Position numbers and translations under genes: made by a program
The notes under the pieces: generated by a model
What the model was told of the DNA's origin: nothing
The model's database searches: none
What the model saw: only the letters and a program-made list of their open reading frames with translations
Source of the DNA: Naegleria gruberi
Lineage: Eukaryota
NCBI GenBank assembly: GCA_000004985.1
Contig: GG738869.1
Length of the DNA stretch: 64,000 nt
Direction: 5' to 3' (one strand)
Shown: positions 7,601-19,600 of the stretch, in pieces
How the letters are laid out: every line of letters starts with the position of its first letter
Numbering within the stretch: position 1 is the stretch's first letter

Positions 7601-10600
7601 NNNNNNNNNNNNNNNNNNNNNNNNNNNNNNNNNNNNNNNNNNNNNNNNNNNNNNNNNNNNNNNNNNNNNNNNNNNNNNNNNNNNNNNNNNNNNNNNNNNN
7701 NNNNNNNNNNNNNNNNNNNNNNNNNNNNNNNNNNNNNNNNNNNNNNNNNNNNNNNNNNNNNNNNNNNNNNNNNNNNNNNNNNNNNNNNNNNNNNNNNNNN
7801 NNNNNNNNNNNNNNNNNNNNNNNNNNNNNNNNNNNNNNNNNNNNNNNNNNNNNNNNNNNNNNNNNNNNNNNNNNNNNNNNNNNNNNNNNNNNNNNNNNNN
7901 NNNNNNNNNNNNNNNNNNNNNNNNNNNNNNNNNNNNNNNNNNNNNNNNNNNNNNNNNNNNNNNNNNNNNNNNNNNNNNNNNNNNNNNNNNNNNNNNNNNN
8001 NNNNNNNNNNNNNNNNNNNNNNNNNNNNNNNNNNNNNNNNNNNNNNNNNNNNNNNNNNNNNNNNNNNNNNNNNNNNNNNNNNNNNNNNNNNNNNNNNNNN
8101 NNNNNNNNNNNNNNNNNNNNNNNNNNNNNNNNNNNNNNNNNNNNNNNNNNNNNNNNNNNNNNNNNNNNNNNNNNNNNNNNNNNNNNNNNNNNNNNNNNNN
8201 NNNNNNNNNNNNNNNNNNNNNNNNNNNNNNNNNNNNNNNNNNNNNNNNNNNNNNNNNNNNNNNNNNNNNNNNNNNNNNNNNNNNNNNNNNNNNNNNNNNN
8301 NNNNNNNNNNNNNNNNNNNNNNNNNNNNNNNNNNNNNNNNNNNNNNNNNNNNNNNNNNNNNNNNNNNNNNNNNNNNNNNNNNNNNNNNNNNNNNNNNNNN
8401 NNNNNNNNNNNNNNNNNNNNNNNNNNNNNNNNNNNNNNNNNNNNNNNNNNNNNNNNNNNNNNNNNNNNNNNNNNNNNNNNNNNNNNNNNNNNNNNNNNNN
8501 NNNNNNNNNNNNNNNNNNNNNNNNNNNNNNNNNNNNNNNNNNNNNNNNNNNNNNNNNNNNNNNNNNNNNNNNNNNNNNNNNNNNNNNNNNNNNNNNNNNN
8601 NNNNNNNNNNNNNNNNNNNNNNNNNNNNNNNNNNNNNNNNNNNNNNNNNNNNNNNNNNNNNNNNNNNNNNNNNNNNNNNNNNNNNNNNNNNNNNNNNNNN
8701 NNNNNNNNNNNNNNNNNNNNNNNNNNNNNNNNNNNNNNNNNNNNNNNNNNNNNNNNNNNNNNNNNNNNNNNNNNNNNNNNNNNNNNNNNNNNNNNNNNNN
8801 NNNNNNNNNNNNNNNNNNNNNNNNNNNNNNNNNNNNNNNNNNNNNNNNNNNNNNNNNNNNNNNNNNNNNNNNNNNNNNNNNNNNNNNNNNNNNNNNNNNN
8901 NNNNNNNNNNNNNNNNNNNNNNNNNNNNNNNNNNNNNNNNNNNNNNNNNNNNNNNNNNNNNNNNNNNNNNNNNNNNNNNNNNNNNNNNNNNNNNNNNNNN
9001 NNNNNNNNNNNNNNNNNNNNNNNNNNNNNNNNNNNNNNNNNNNNNNNNNNNNNNNNNNNNNNNNNNNNNNNNNNNNNNNNNNNNNNNNNNNNNNNNNNNN
9101 NNNNNNNNNNNNNNNNNNNNNNNNNNNNNNNNNNNNNNNNNNNNNNNNNNNNNNNNNNNNNNNNNNNNNNNNNNNNNNNNNNNNNNNNNNNNNNNNNNNN
9201 NNNNNNNNNNNNNNNNNNNNNNNNNNNNNNNNNNNNNNNNNNNNNNNNNNNNNNNNNNNNNNNNNNNNNNNNNNNNNNNNNNNNNNNNNNNNNNNNNNNN
9301 NNNNNNNNNNNNNNNNNNNNNNNNNNNNNNNNNNNNNNNNNNNNNNNNNNNNNNNNNNNNNNNNNNNNNNNNNNNNNNNNNNNNNNNNNNNNNNNNNNNN
9401 NNNNNNNNNNNNNNNNNNNNNNNNNNNNNNNNNNNNNNNNNNNNNNNNNNNNNNNNNNNNNNNNNNNNNNNNNNNNNNNNNNNNNNNNNNNNNNNNNNNN
9501 NNNNNNNNNNNNNNNNNNNNNNNNNNNNNNNNNNNNNNNNNNNNNNNNNNNNNNNNNNNNNNNNNNNNNNNNNNNNNNNNNNNNNNNNNNNNNNNNNNNN
9601 NNNNNNNNNNNNNNNNNNNNNNNNNNNNNNNNNNNNNNNNNNNNNNNNNNNNNNNNNNNNNNNNNNNNNNNNNNNNNNNNNNNNNNNNNNNNNNNNNNNN
9701 NNNNNNNNNNNNNNNNNNNNNNNNNNNNNNNNNNNNNNNNNNNNNNNNNNNNNNNNNNNNNNNNNNNNNNNNNNNNNNNNNNNNNNNNNNNNNNNNNNNN
9801 NNNNNNNNNNNNNNNNNNNNNNNNNNNNNNNNNNNNNNNNNNNNNNNNNNNNNNNNNNNNNNNNNNNNNNNNNNNNNNNNNNNNNNNNNNNNNNNNNNNN
9901 NNNNNNNNNNNNNNNNNNNNNNNNNNNNNNNNNNNNNNNNNNNNNNNNNNNNNNNNNNNNNNNNNNNNNNNNNNNNNNNNNNNNNNNNNNNNNNNNNNNN
10001 NNNNNNNNNNNNNNNNNNNNNNNNNNNNNNNNNNNNNNNNNNNNNNNNNNNNNNNNNNNNNNNNNNNNNNNNNNNNNNNNNNNNNNNNNNNNNNNNNNNN
10101 NNNNNNNNNNNNNNNNNNNNNNNNNNNNNNNNNNNNNNNNNNNNNNNNNNNNNNNNNNNNNNNNNNNNNNNNNNNNNNNNNNNNNNNNNNNNNNNNNNNN
10201 NNNNNNNNNNNNNNNNNNNNNNNNNNNNNNNNNNNNNNNNNNNNNNNNNNNNNNNNNNNNNNNNNNNNNNNNNNNNNNNNNNNNNNNNNNNNNNNNNNNN
10301 NNNNNNNNNNNNNNNNNNNNNNNNNNNNNNNNNNNNNNNNNNNNNNNNNNNNNNNNNNNNNNNNNNNNNNNNNNNNNNNNNNNNNNNNNNNNNNNNNNNN
10401 NNNNNNNNNNNNNNNNNNNNNNNNNNNNNNNNNNNNNNNNNNNNNNNNNNNNNNNNNNNNNNNNNNNNNNNNNNNNNNNNNNNNNNNNNNNNNNNNNNNN
10501 NNNNNNNNNNNNNNNNNNNNNNNNNNNNNNNNNNNNNNNNNNNNNNNNNNNNNNNNNNNNNNNNNNNNNNNNNNNNNNNNNNNNNNNNNNNNNNNNNNNN

Positions 10601-13600
10601 NNNNNNNNNNNNNNNNNNNNNNNNNNNNNNNNNNNNNNNNNNNNNNNNNNNNNNNNNNNNNNNNNNNNNNNNNNNNNNNNNNNNNNNNNNNNNNNNNNNN
10701 NNNNNNNNNNNNNNNNNNNNNNNNNNNNNNNNNNNNNNNNNNNNNNNNNNNNNNNNNNNNNNNNNNNNNNNNNNNNNNNNNNNNNNNNNNNNNNNNNNNN
10801 NNNNNNNNNNNNNNNNNNNNNNNNNNNNNNNNNNNNNNNNNNNNNNNNNNNNNNNNNNNNNNNNNNNNNNNNNNNNNNNNNNNNNNNNNNNNNNNNNNNN
10901 NNNNNNNNNNNNNNNNNNNNNNNNNNNNNNNNNNNNNNNNNNNNNNNNNNNNNNNNNNNNNNNNNNNNNNNNNNNNNNNNNNNNNNNNNNNNNNNNNNNN
11001 NNNNNNNNNNNNNNNNNNNNNNNNNNNNNNNNNNNNNNNNNNNNNNNNNNNNNNNNNNNNNNNNNNNNNNNNNNNNNNNNNNNNNNNNNNNNNNNNNNNN
11101 NNNNNNNNNNNNNNNNNNNNNNNNNNNNNNNNNNNNNNNNNNNNNNNNNNNNNNNNNNNNNNNNNNNNNNNNNNNNNNNNNNNNNNNNNNNNNNNNNNNN
11201 NNNNNNNNNNNNNNNNNNNNNNNNNNNNNNNNNNNNNNNNNNNNNNNNNNNNNNNNNNNNNNNNNNNNNNNNNNNNNNNNNNNNNNNNNNNNNNNNNNNN
11301 NNNNNNNNNNNNNNNNNNNNNNNNNNNNNNNNNNNNNNNNNNNNNNNNNNNNNNNNNNNNNNNNNNNNNNNNNNNNNNNNNNNNNNNNNNNNNNNNNNNN
11401 NNNNNNNNNNNNNNNNNNNNNNNNNNNNNNNNNNNNNNNNNNNNNNNNNNNNNNNNNNNNNNNNNNNNNNNNNNNNNNNNNNNNNNNNNNNNNNNNNNNN
11501 NNNNNNNNNNNNNNNNNNNNNNNNNNNNNNNNNNNNNNNNNNNNNNNNNNNNNNNNNNNNNNNNNNNNNNNNNNNNNNNNNNNNNNNNNNNNNNNNNNNN
11601 NNNNNNNNNNNNNNNNNNNNNNNNNNNNNNNNNNNNNNNNNNNNNNNNNNNNNNNNNNNNNNNNNNNNNNNNNNNNNNNNNNNNNNNNNNNNNNNNNNNN
11701 NNNNNNNNNNNNNNNNNNNNNNNNNNNNNNNNNNNNNNNNNNNNNNNNNNNNNNNNNNNNNNNNNNNNNNNNNNNNNNNNNNNNNNNNNNNNNNNNNNNN
11801 NNNNNNNNNNNNNNNNNNNNNNNNNNNNNNNNNNNNNNNNNNNNNNNNNNNNNNNNNNNNNNNNNNNNNNNNNNNNNNNNNNNNNNNNNNNNNNNNNNNN
11901 NNNNNNNNNNNNNNNNNNNNNNNNNNNNNNNNNNNNNNNNNNNNNNNNNNNNNNNNNNNNNNNNNNNNNNNNNNNNNNNNNNNNNNNNNNNNNNNNNNNN
12001 NNNNNNNNNNNNNNNNNNNNNNNNNNNNNNNNNNNNNNNNNNNNNNNNNNNNNNNNNNNNNNNNNNNNNNNNNNNNNNNNNNNNNNNNNNNNNNNNNNNN
12101 NNNNNNNNNNNNNNNNNNNNNNNNNNNNNNNNNNNNNNNNNNNNNNNNNNNNNNNNNNNNNNNNNNNNNNNNNNNNNNNNNNNNNNNNNNNNNNNNNNNN
12201 NNNNNNNNNNNNNNNNNNNNNNNNNNNNNNNNNNNNNNNNNNNNNNNNNNNNNNNNNNNNNNNNNNNNNNNNNNNNNNNNNNNNNNNNNNNNNNNNNNNN
12301 NNNNNNNNNNNNNNNNNNNNNNNNNNNNNNNNNNNNNNNNNNNNNNNNNNNNNNNNNNNNNNNNNNNNNNNNNNNNNNNNNNNNNNNNNNNNNNNNNNNN
12401 NNNNNNNNNNNNNNNNNNNNNNNNNNNNNNNNNNNNNNNNNNNNNNNNNNNNNNNNNNNNNNNNNNNNNNNNNNNNNNNNNNNNNNNNNNNNNNNNNNNN
12501 NNNNNNNNNNNNNNNNNNNNNNNNNNNNNNNNNNNNNNNNNNNNNNNNNNNNNNNNNNNNNNNNNNNNNNNNNNNNNNNNNNNNNNNNNNNNNNNNNNNN
12601 NNNNNNNNNNNNNNNNNNNNNNNNNNNNNNNNNNNNNNNNNNNNNNNNNNNNNNNNNNNNNNNNNNNNNNNNNNNNNNNNNNNNNNNNNNNNNNNNNNNN
12701 NNNNNNNNNNNNNNNNNNNNNNNNNNNNNNNNNNNNNNNNNNNNNNNNNNNNNNNNNNNNNNNNNNNNNNNNNNNNNNNNNNNNNNNNNNNNNNNNNNNN
12801 NNNNNNNNNNNNNNNNNNNNNNNNNNNNNNNNNNNNNNNNNNNNNNNNNNNNNNNNNNNNNNNNNNNNNNNNNNNNNNNNNNNNNNNNNNNNNNNNNNNN
12901 NNNNNNNNNNNNNNNNNNNNNNNNNNNNNNNNNNNNNNNNNNNNNNNNNNNNNNNNNNNNNNNNNNNNNNNNNNNNNNNNNNNNNNNNNNNNNNNNNNNN
13001 NNNNNNNNNNNNNNNNNNNNNNNNNNNNNNNNNNNNNNNNNNNNNNNNNNNNNNNNNNNNNNNNNNNNNNNNNNNNNNNNNNNNNNNNNNNNNNNNNNNN
13101 NNNNNNNNNNNNNNNNNNNNNNNNNNNNNNNNNNNNNNNNNNNNNNNNNNNNNNNNNNNNNNNNNNNNNNNNNNNNNNNNNNNNNNNNNNNNNNNNNNNN
13201 NNNNNNNNNNNNNNNNNNNNNNNNNNNNNNNNNNNNNNNNNNNNNNNNNNNNNNNNNNNNNNNNNNNNNNNNNNNNNNNNNNNNNNNNNNNNNNNNNNNN
13301 NNNNNNNNNNNNNNNNNNNNNNNNNNNNNNNNNNNNNNNNNNNNNNNNNNNNNNNNNNNNNNNNNNNNNNNNNNNNNNNNNNNNNNNNNNNNNNNNNNNN
13401 NNNNNNNNNNNNNNNNNNNNNNNNNNNNNNNNNNNNNNNNNNNNNNNNNNNNNNNNNNNNNNNNNNNNNNNNNNNNNNNNNNNNNNNNNNNNNNNNNNNN
13501 NNNNNNNNNNNNNNNNNNNNNNNNNNNNNNNNNNNNNNNNNNNNNNNNNNNNNNNNNNNNNNNNNNNNNNNNNNNNNNNNNNNNNNNNNNNNNNNNNNNN

Positions 13601-16600
13601 NNNNNNNNNNNNNNNNNNNNNNNNNNNNNNNNNNNNNNNNNNNNNNNNNNNNNNNNNNNNNNNNNNNNNNNNNNNNNNNNNNNNNNNNNNNNNNNNNNNN
13701 NNNNNNNNNNNNNNNNNNNNNNNNNNNNNNNNNNNNNNNNNNNNNNNNNNNNNNNNNNNNNNNNNNNNNNNNNNNNNNNNNNNNNNNNNNNNNNNNNNNN
13801 NNNNNNNNNNNNNNNNNNNNNNNNNNNNNNNNNNNNNNNNNNNNNNNNNNNNNNNNNNNNNNNNNNNNNNNNNNNNNNNNNNNNNNNNNNNNNNNNNNNN
13901 NNNNNNNNNNNNNNNNNNNNNNNNNNNNNNNNNNNNNNNNNNNNNNNNNNNNNNNNNNNNNNNNNNNNNNNNNNNNNNNNNNNNNNNNNNNNNNNNNNNN
14001 NNNNNNNNNNNNNNNNNNNNNNNNNNNNNNNNNNNNNNNNNNNNNNNNNNNNNNNNNNNNNNNNNNNNNNNNNNNNNNNNNNNNNNNNNNNNNNNNNNNN
14101 NNNNNNNNNNNNNNNNNNNNNNNNNNNNNNNNNNNNNNNNNNNNNNNNNNNNNNNNNNNNNNNNNNNNNNNNNNNNNNNNNNNNNNNNNNNNNNNNNNNN
14201 NNNNNNNNNNNNNNNNNNNNNNNNNNNNNNNNNNNNNNNNNNNNNNNNNNNNNNNNNNNNNNNNNNNNNNNNNNNNNNNNNNNNNNNNNNNNNNNNNNNN
14301 NNNNNNNNNNNNNNNNNNNNNNNNNNNNNNNNNNNNNNNNNNNNNNNNNNNNNNNNNNNNNNNNNNNNNNNNNNNNNNNNNNNNNNNNNNNNNNNNNNNN
14401 NNNNNNNNNNNNNNNNNNNNNNNNNNNNNNNNNNNNNNNNNNNNNNNNNNNNNNNNNNNNNNNNNNNNNNNNNNNNNNNNNNNNNNNNNNNNNNNNNNNN
14501 NNNNNNNNNNNNNNNNNNNNNNNNNNNNNNNNNNNNNNNNNNNNNNNNNNNNNNNNNNNNNNNNNNNNNNNNNNNNNNNNNNNNNNNNNNNNNNNNNNNN
14601 NNNNNNNNNNNNNNNNNNNNNNNNNNNNNNNNNNNNNNNNNNNNNNNNNNNNNNNNNNNNNNNNNNNNNNNNNNNNNNNNNNNNNNNNNNNNNNNNNNNN
14701 NNNNNNNNNNNNNNNNNNNNNNNNNNNNNNNNNNNNNNNNNNNNNNNNNNNNNNNNNNNNNNNNNNNNNNNNNNNNNNNNNNNNNNNNNNNNNNNNNNNN
14801 NNNNNNNNNNNNNNNNNNNNNNNNNNNNNNNNNNNNNNNNNNNNNNNNNNNNNNNNNNNNNNNNNNNNNNNNNNNNNNNNNNNNNNNNNNNNNNNNNNNN
14901 NNNNNNNNNNNNNNNNNNNNNNNNNNNNNNNNNNNNNNNNNNNNNNNNNNNNNNNNNNNNNNNNNNNNNNNNNNNNNNNNNNNNNNNNNNNNNNNNNNNN
15001 NNNNNNNNNNNNNNNNNNNNNNNNNNNNNNNNNNNNNNNNNNNNNNNNNNNNNNNNNNNNNNNNNNNNNNNNNNNNNNNNNNNNNNNNNNNNNNNNNNNN
15101 NNNNNNNNNNNNNNNNNNNNNNNNNNNNNNNNNNNNNNNNNNNNNNNNNNNNNNNNNNNNNNNNNNNNNNNNNNNNNNNNNNNNNNNNNNNNNNNNNNNN
15201 NNNNNNNNNNNNNNNNNNNNNNNNNNNNNNNNNNNNNNNNNNNNNNNNNNNNNNNNNNNNNNNNNNNNNNNNNNNNNNNNNNNNNNNNNNNNNNNNNNNN
15301 NNNNNNNNNNNNNNNNNNNNNNNNNNNNNNNNNNNNNNNNNNNNNNNNNNNNNNNNNNNNNNNNNNNNNNNNNNNNNNNNNNNNNNNNNNNNNNNNNNNN
15401 NNNNNNNNNNNNNNNNNNNNNNNNNNNNNNNNNNNNNNNNNNNNNNNNNNNNNNNNNNNNNNNNNNNNNNNNNNNNNNNNNNNNNNNNNNNNNNNNNNNN
15501 NNNNNNNNNNNNNNNNNNNNNNNNNNNNNNNNNNNNNNNNNNNNNNNNNNNNNNNNNNNNNNNNNNNNNNNNNNNNNNNNNNNNNNNNNNNNNNNNNNNN
15601 NNNNNNNNNNNNNNNNNNNNNNNNNNNNNNNNNNNNNNNNNNNNNNNNNNNNNNNNNNNNNNNNNNNNNNNNNNNNNNNNNNNNNNNNNNNNNNNNNNNN
15701 NNNNNNNNNNNNNNNNNNNNNNNNNNNNNNNNNNNNNNNNNNNNNNNNNNNNNNNNNNNNNNNNNNNNNNNNNNNNNNNNNNNNNNNNNNNNNNNNNNNN
15801 NNNNNNNNNNNNNNNNNNNNNNNNNNNNNNNNNNNNNNNNNNNNNNNNNNNNNNNNNNNNNNNNNNNNNNNNNNNNNNNNNNNNNNNNNNNNNNNNNNNN
15901 NNNNNNNNNNNNNNNNNNNNNNNNNNNNNNNNNNNNNNNNNNNNNNNNNNNNNNNNNNNNNNNNNNNNNNNNNNNNNNNNNNNNNNNNNNNNNNNNNNNN
16001 NNNNNNNNNNNNNNNNNNNNNNNNNNNNNNNNNNNNNNNNNNNNNNNNNNNNNNNNNNNNNNNNNNNNNNNNNNNNNNNNNNNNNNNNNNNNNNNNNNNN
16101 NNNNNNNNNNNNNNNNNNNNNNNNNNNNNNNNNNNNNNNNNNNNNNNNNNNNNNNNNNNNNNNNNNNNNNNNNNNNNNNNNNNNNNNNNNNNNNNNNNNN
16201 NNNNNNNNNNNNNNNNNNNNNNNNNNNNNNNNNNNNNNNNNNNNNNNNNNNNNNNNNNNNNNNNNNNNNNNNNNNNNNNNNNNNNNNNNNNNNNNNNNNN
16301 NNNNNNNNNNNNNNNNNNNNNNNNNNNNNNNNNNNNNNNNNNNNNNNNNNNNNNNNNNNNNNNNNNNNNNNNNNNNNNNNNNNNNNNNNNNNNNNNNNNN
16401 NNNNNNNNNNNNNNNNNNNNNNNNNNNNNNNNNNNNNNNNNNNNNNNNNNNNNNNNNNNNNNNNNNNNNNNNNNNNNNNNNNNNNNNNNNNNNNNNNNNN
16501 NNNNNNNNNNNNNNNNNNNNNNNNNNNNNNNNNNNNNNNNNNNNNNNNNNNNNNNNNNNNNNNNNNNNNNNNNNNNNNNNNNNNNNNNNNNNNNNNNNNN

Positions 16601-19600
16601 NNNNNNNNNNNNNNNNNNNNNNNNNNNNNNNNNNNNNNNNNNNNNNNNNNNNNNNNNNNNNNNNNNNNNNNNNNNNNNNNNNNNNNNNNNNNNNNNNNNN
16701 NNNNNNNNNNNNNNNNNNNNNNNNNNNNNNNNNNNNNNNNNNNNNNNNNNNNNNNNNNNNNNNNNNNNNNNNNNNNNNNNNNNNNNNNNNNNNNNNNNNN
16801 NNNNNNNNNNNNNNNNNNNNNNNNNNNNNNNNNNNNNNNNNNNNNNNNNNNNNNNNNNNNNNNNNNNNNNNNNNNNNNNNNNNNNNNNNNNNNNNNNNNN
16901 NNNNNNNNNNNNNNNNNNNNNNNNNNNNNNNNNNNNNNNNNNNNNNNNNNNNNNNNNNNNNNNNNNNNNNNNNNNNNNNNNNNNNNNNNNNNNNNNNNNN
17001 NNNNNNNNNNNNNNNNNNNNNNNNNNNNNNNNNNNNNNNNNNNNNNNNNNNNNNNNNNNNNNNNNNNNNNNNNNNNNNNNNNNNNNNNNNNNNNNNNNNN
17101 NNNNNNNNNNNNNNNNNNNNNNNNNNNNNNNNNNNNNNNNNNNNNNNNNNNNNNNNNNNNNNNNNNNNNNNNNNNNNNNNNNNNNNNNNNNNNNNNNNNN
17201 NNNNNNNNNNNNNNNNNNNNNNNNNNNNNNNNNNNNNNNNNNNNNNNNNNNNNNNNNNNNNNNNNNNNNNNNNNNNNNNNNNNNNNNNNNNNNNNNNNNN
17301 NNNNNNNNNNNNNNNNNNNNNNNNNNNNNNNNNNNNNNNNNNNNNNNNNNNNNNNNNNNNNNNNNNNNNNNNNNNNNNNNNNNNNNNNNNNNNNNNNNNN
17401 NNNNNNNNNNNNNNNNNNNNNNNNNNNNNNNNNNNNNNNNNNNNNNNNNNNNNNNNNNNNNNNNNNNNNNNNNNNNNNNNNNNNNNNNNNNNNNNNNNNN
17501 NNNNNNNNNNNNNNNNNNNNNNNNNNNNNNNNNNNNNNNNNNNNNNNNNNNNNNNNNNNNNNNNNNNNNNNNNNNNNNNNNNNNNNNNNNNNNNNNNNNN
17601 NNNNNNNNNNNNNNNNNNNNNNNNNNNNNNNNNNNNNNNNNNNNNNNNNNNNNNNNNNNNNNNNNNNNNNNNNNNNNNNNNNNNNNNNNNNNNNNNNNNN
17701 NNNNNNNNNNNNNNNNNNNNNNNNNNNNNNNNNNNNNNNNNNNNNNNNNNNNNNNNNNNNNNNNNNNNNNNNNNNNNNNNNNNNNNNNNNNNNNNNNNNN
17801 NNNNNNNNNNNNNNNNNNNNNNNNNNNNNNNNNNNNNNNNNNNNNNNNNNNNNNNNNNNNNNNNNNNNNNNNNNNNNNNNNNNNNNNNNNNNNNNNNNNN
17901 NNNNNNNNNNNNNNNNNNNNNNNNNNNNNNNNNNNNNNNNNNNNNNNNNNNNNNNNNNNNNNNNNNNNNNNNNNNNNNNNNNNNNNNNNNNNNNNNNNNN
18001 NNNNNNNNNNNNNNNNNNNNNNNNNNNNNNNNNNNNNNNNNNNNNNNNNNNNNNNNNNNNNNNNNNNNNNNNNNNNNNNNNNNNNNNNNNNNNNNNNNNN
18101 NNNNNNNNNNNNNNNNNNNNNNNNNNNNNNNNNNNNNNNNNNNNNNNNNNNNNNNNNNNNNNNNNNNNNNNNNNNNNNNNNNNNNNNNNNNNNNNNNNNN
18201 NNNNNNNNNNNNNNNNNNNNNNNNNNNNNNNNNNNNNNNNNNNNNNNNNNNNNNNNNNNNNNNNNNNNNNNNNNNNNNNNNNNNNNNNNNNNNNNNNNNN
18301 NNNNNNNNNNNNNNNNNNNNNNNNNNNNNNNNNNNNNNNNNNNNNNNNNNNNNNNNNNNNNNNNNNNNNNNNNNNNNNNNNNNNNNNNNNNNNNNNNNNN
18401 NNNNNNNNNNNNNNNNNNNNNNNNNNNNNNNNNNNNNNNNNNNNNNNNNNNNNNNNNNNNNNNNNNNNNNNNNNNNNNNNNNNNNNNNNNNNNNNNNNNN
18501 NNNNNNNNNNNNNNNNNNNNNNNNNNNNNNNNNNNNNNNNNNNNNNNNNNNNNNNNNNNNNNNNNNNNNNNNNNNNNNNNNNNNNNNNNNNNNNNNNNNN
18601 NNNNNNNNNNNNNNNNNNNNNNNNNNNNNNNNNNNNNNNNNNNNNNNNNNNNNNNNNNNNNNNNNNNNNNNNNNNNNNNNNNNNNNNNNNNNNNNNNNNN
18701 NNNNNNNNNNNNNNNNNNNNNNNNNNNNNNNNNNNNNNNNNNNNNNNNNNNNNNNNNNNNNNNNNNNNNNNNNNNNNNNNNNNNNNNNNNNNNNNNNNNN
18801 NNNNNNNNNNNNNNNNNNNNNNNNNNNNNNNNNNNNNNNNNNNNNNNNNNNNNNNNNNNNNNNNNNNNNNNNNNNNNNNNNNNNNNNNNNNNNNNNNNNN
18901 NNNNNNNNNNNNNNNNNNNNNNNNNNNNNNNNNNNNNNNNNNNNNNNNNNNNNNNNNNNNNNNNNNNNNNNNNNNNNNNNNNNNNNNNNNNNNNNNNNNN
19001 NNNNNNNNNNNNNNNNNNNNNNNNNNNNNNNNNNNNNNNNNNNNNNNNNNNNNNNNNNNNNNNNNNNNNNNNNNNNNNNNNNNNNNNNNNNNNNNNNNNN
19101 NNNNNNNNNNNNNNNNNNNNNNNNNNNNNNNNNNNNNNNNNNNNNNNNNNNNNNNNNNNNNNNNNNNNNNNNNNNNNNNNNNNNNNNNNNNNNNNNNNNN
19201 NNNNNNNNNNNNNNNNNNNNNNNNNNNNNNNNNNNNNNNNNNNNNNNNNNNNNNNNNNNNNNNNNNNNNNNNNNNNNNNNNNNNNNNNNNNNNNNNNNNN
19301 NNNNNNNNNNNNNNNNNNNNNNNNNNNNNNNNNNNNNNNNNNNNNNNNNNNNNNNNNNNNNNNNNNNNNNNNNNNNNNNNNNNNNNNNNNNNNNNNNNNN
19401 NNNNNNNNNNNNNNNNNNNNNNNNNNNNNNNNNNNNNNNNNNNNNNNNNNNNNNNNNNNNNNNNNNNNNNNNNNNNNNNNNNNNNNNNNNNNNNNNNNNN
19501 NNNNNNNNNNNNNNNNNNNNNNNNNNNNNNNNNNNNNNNNNNNNNNNNNNNNNNNNNNNNNNNNNNNNNNNNNNNNNNNNNNNNNNNNNNNNNNNNNNNN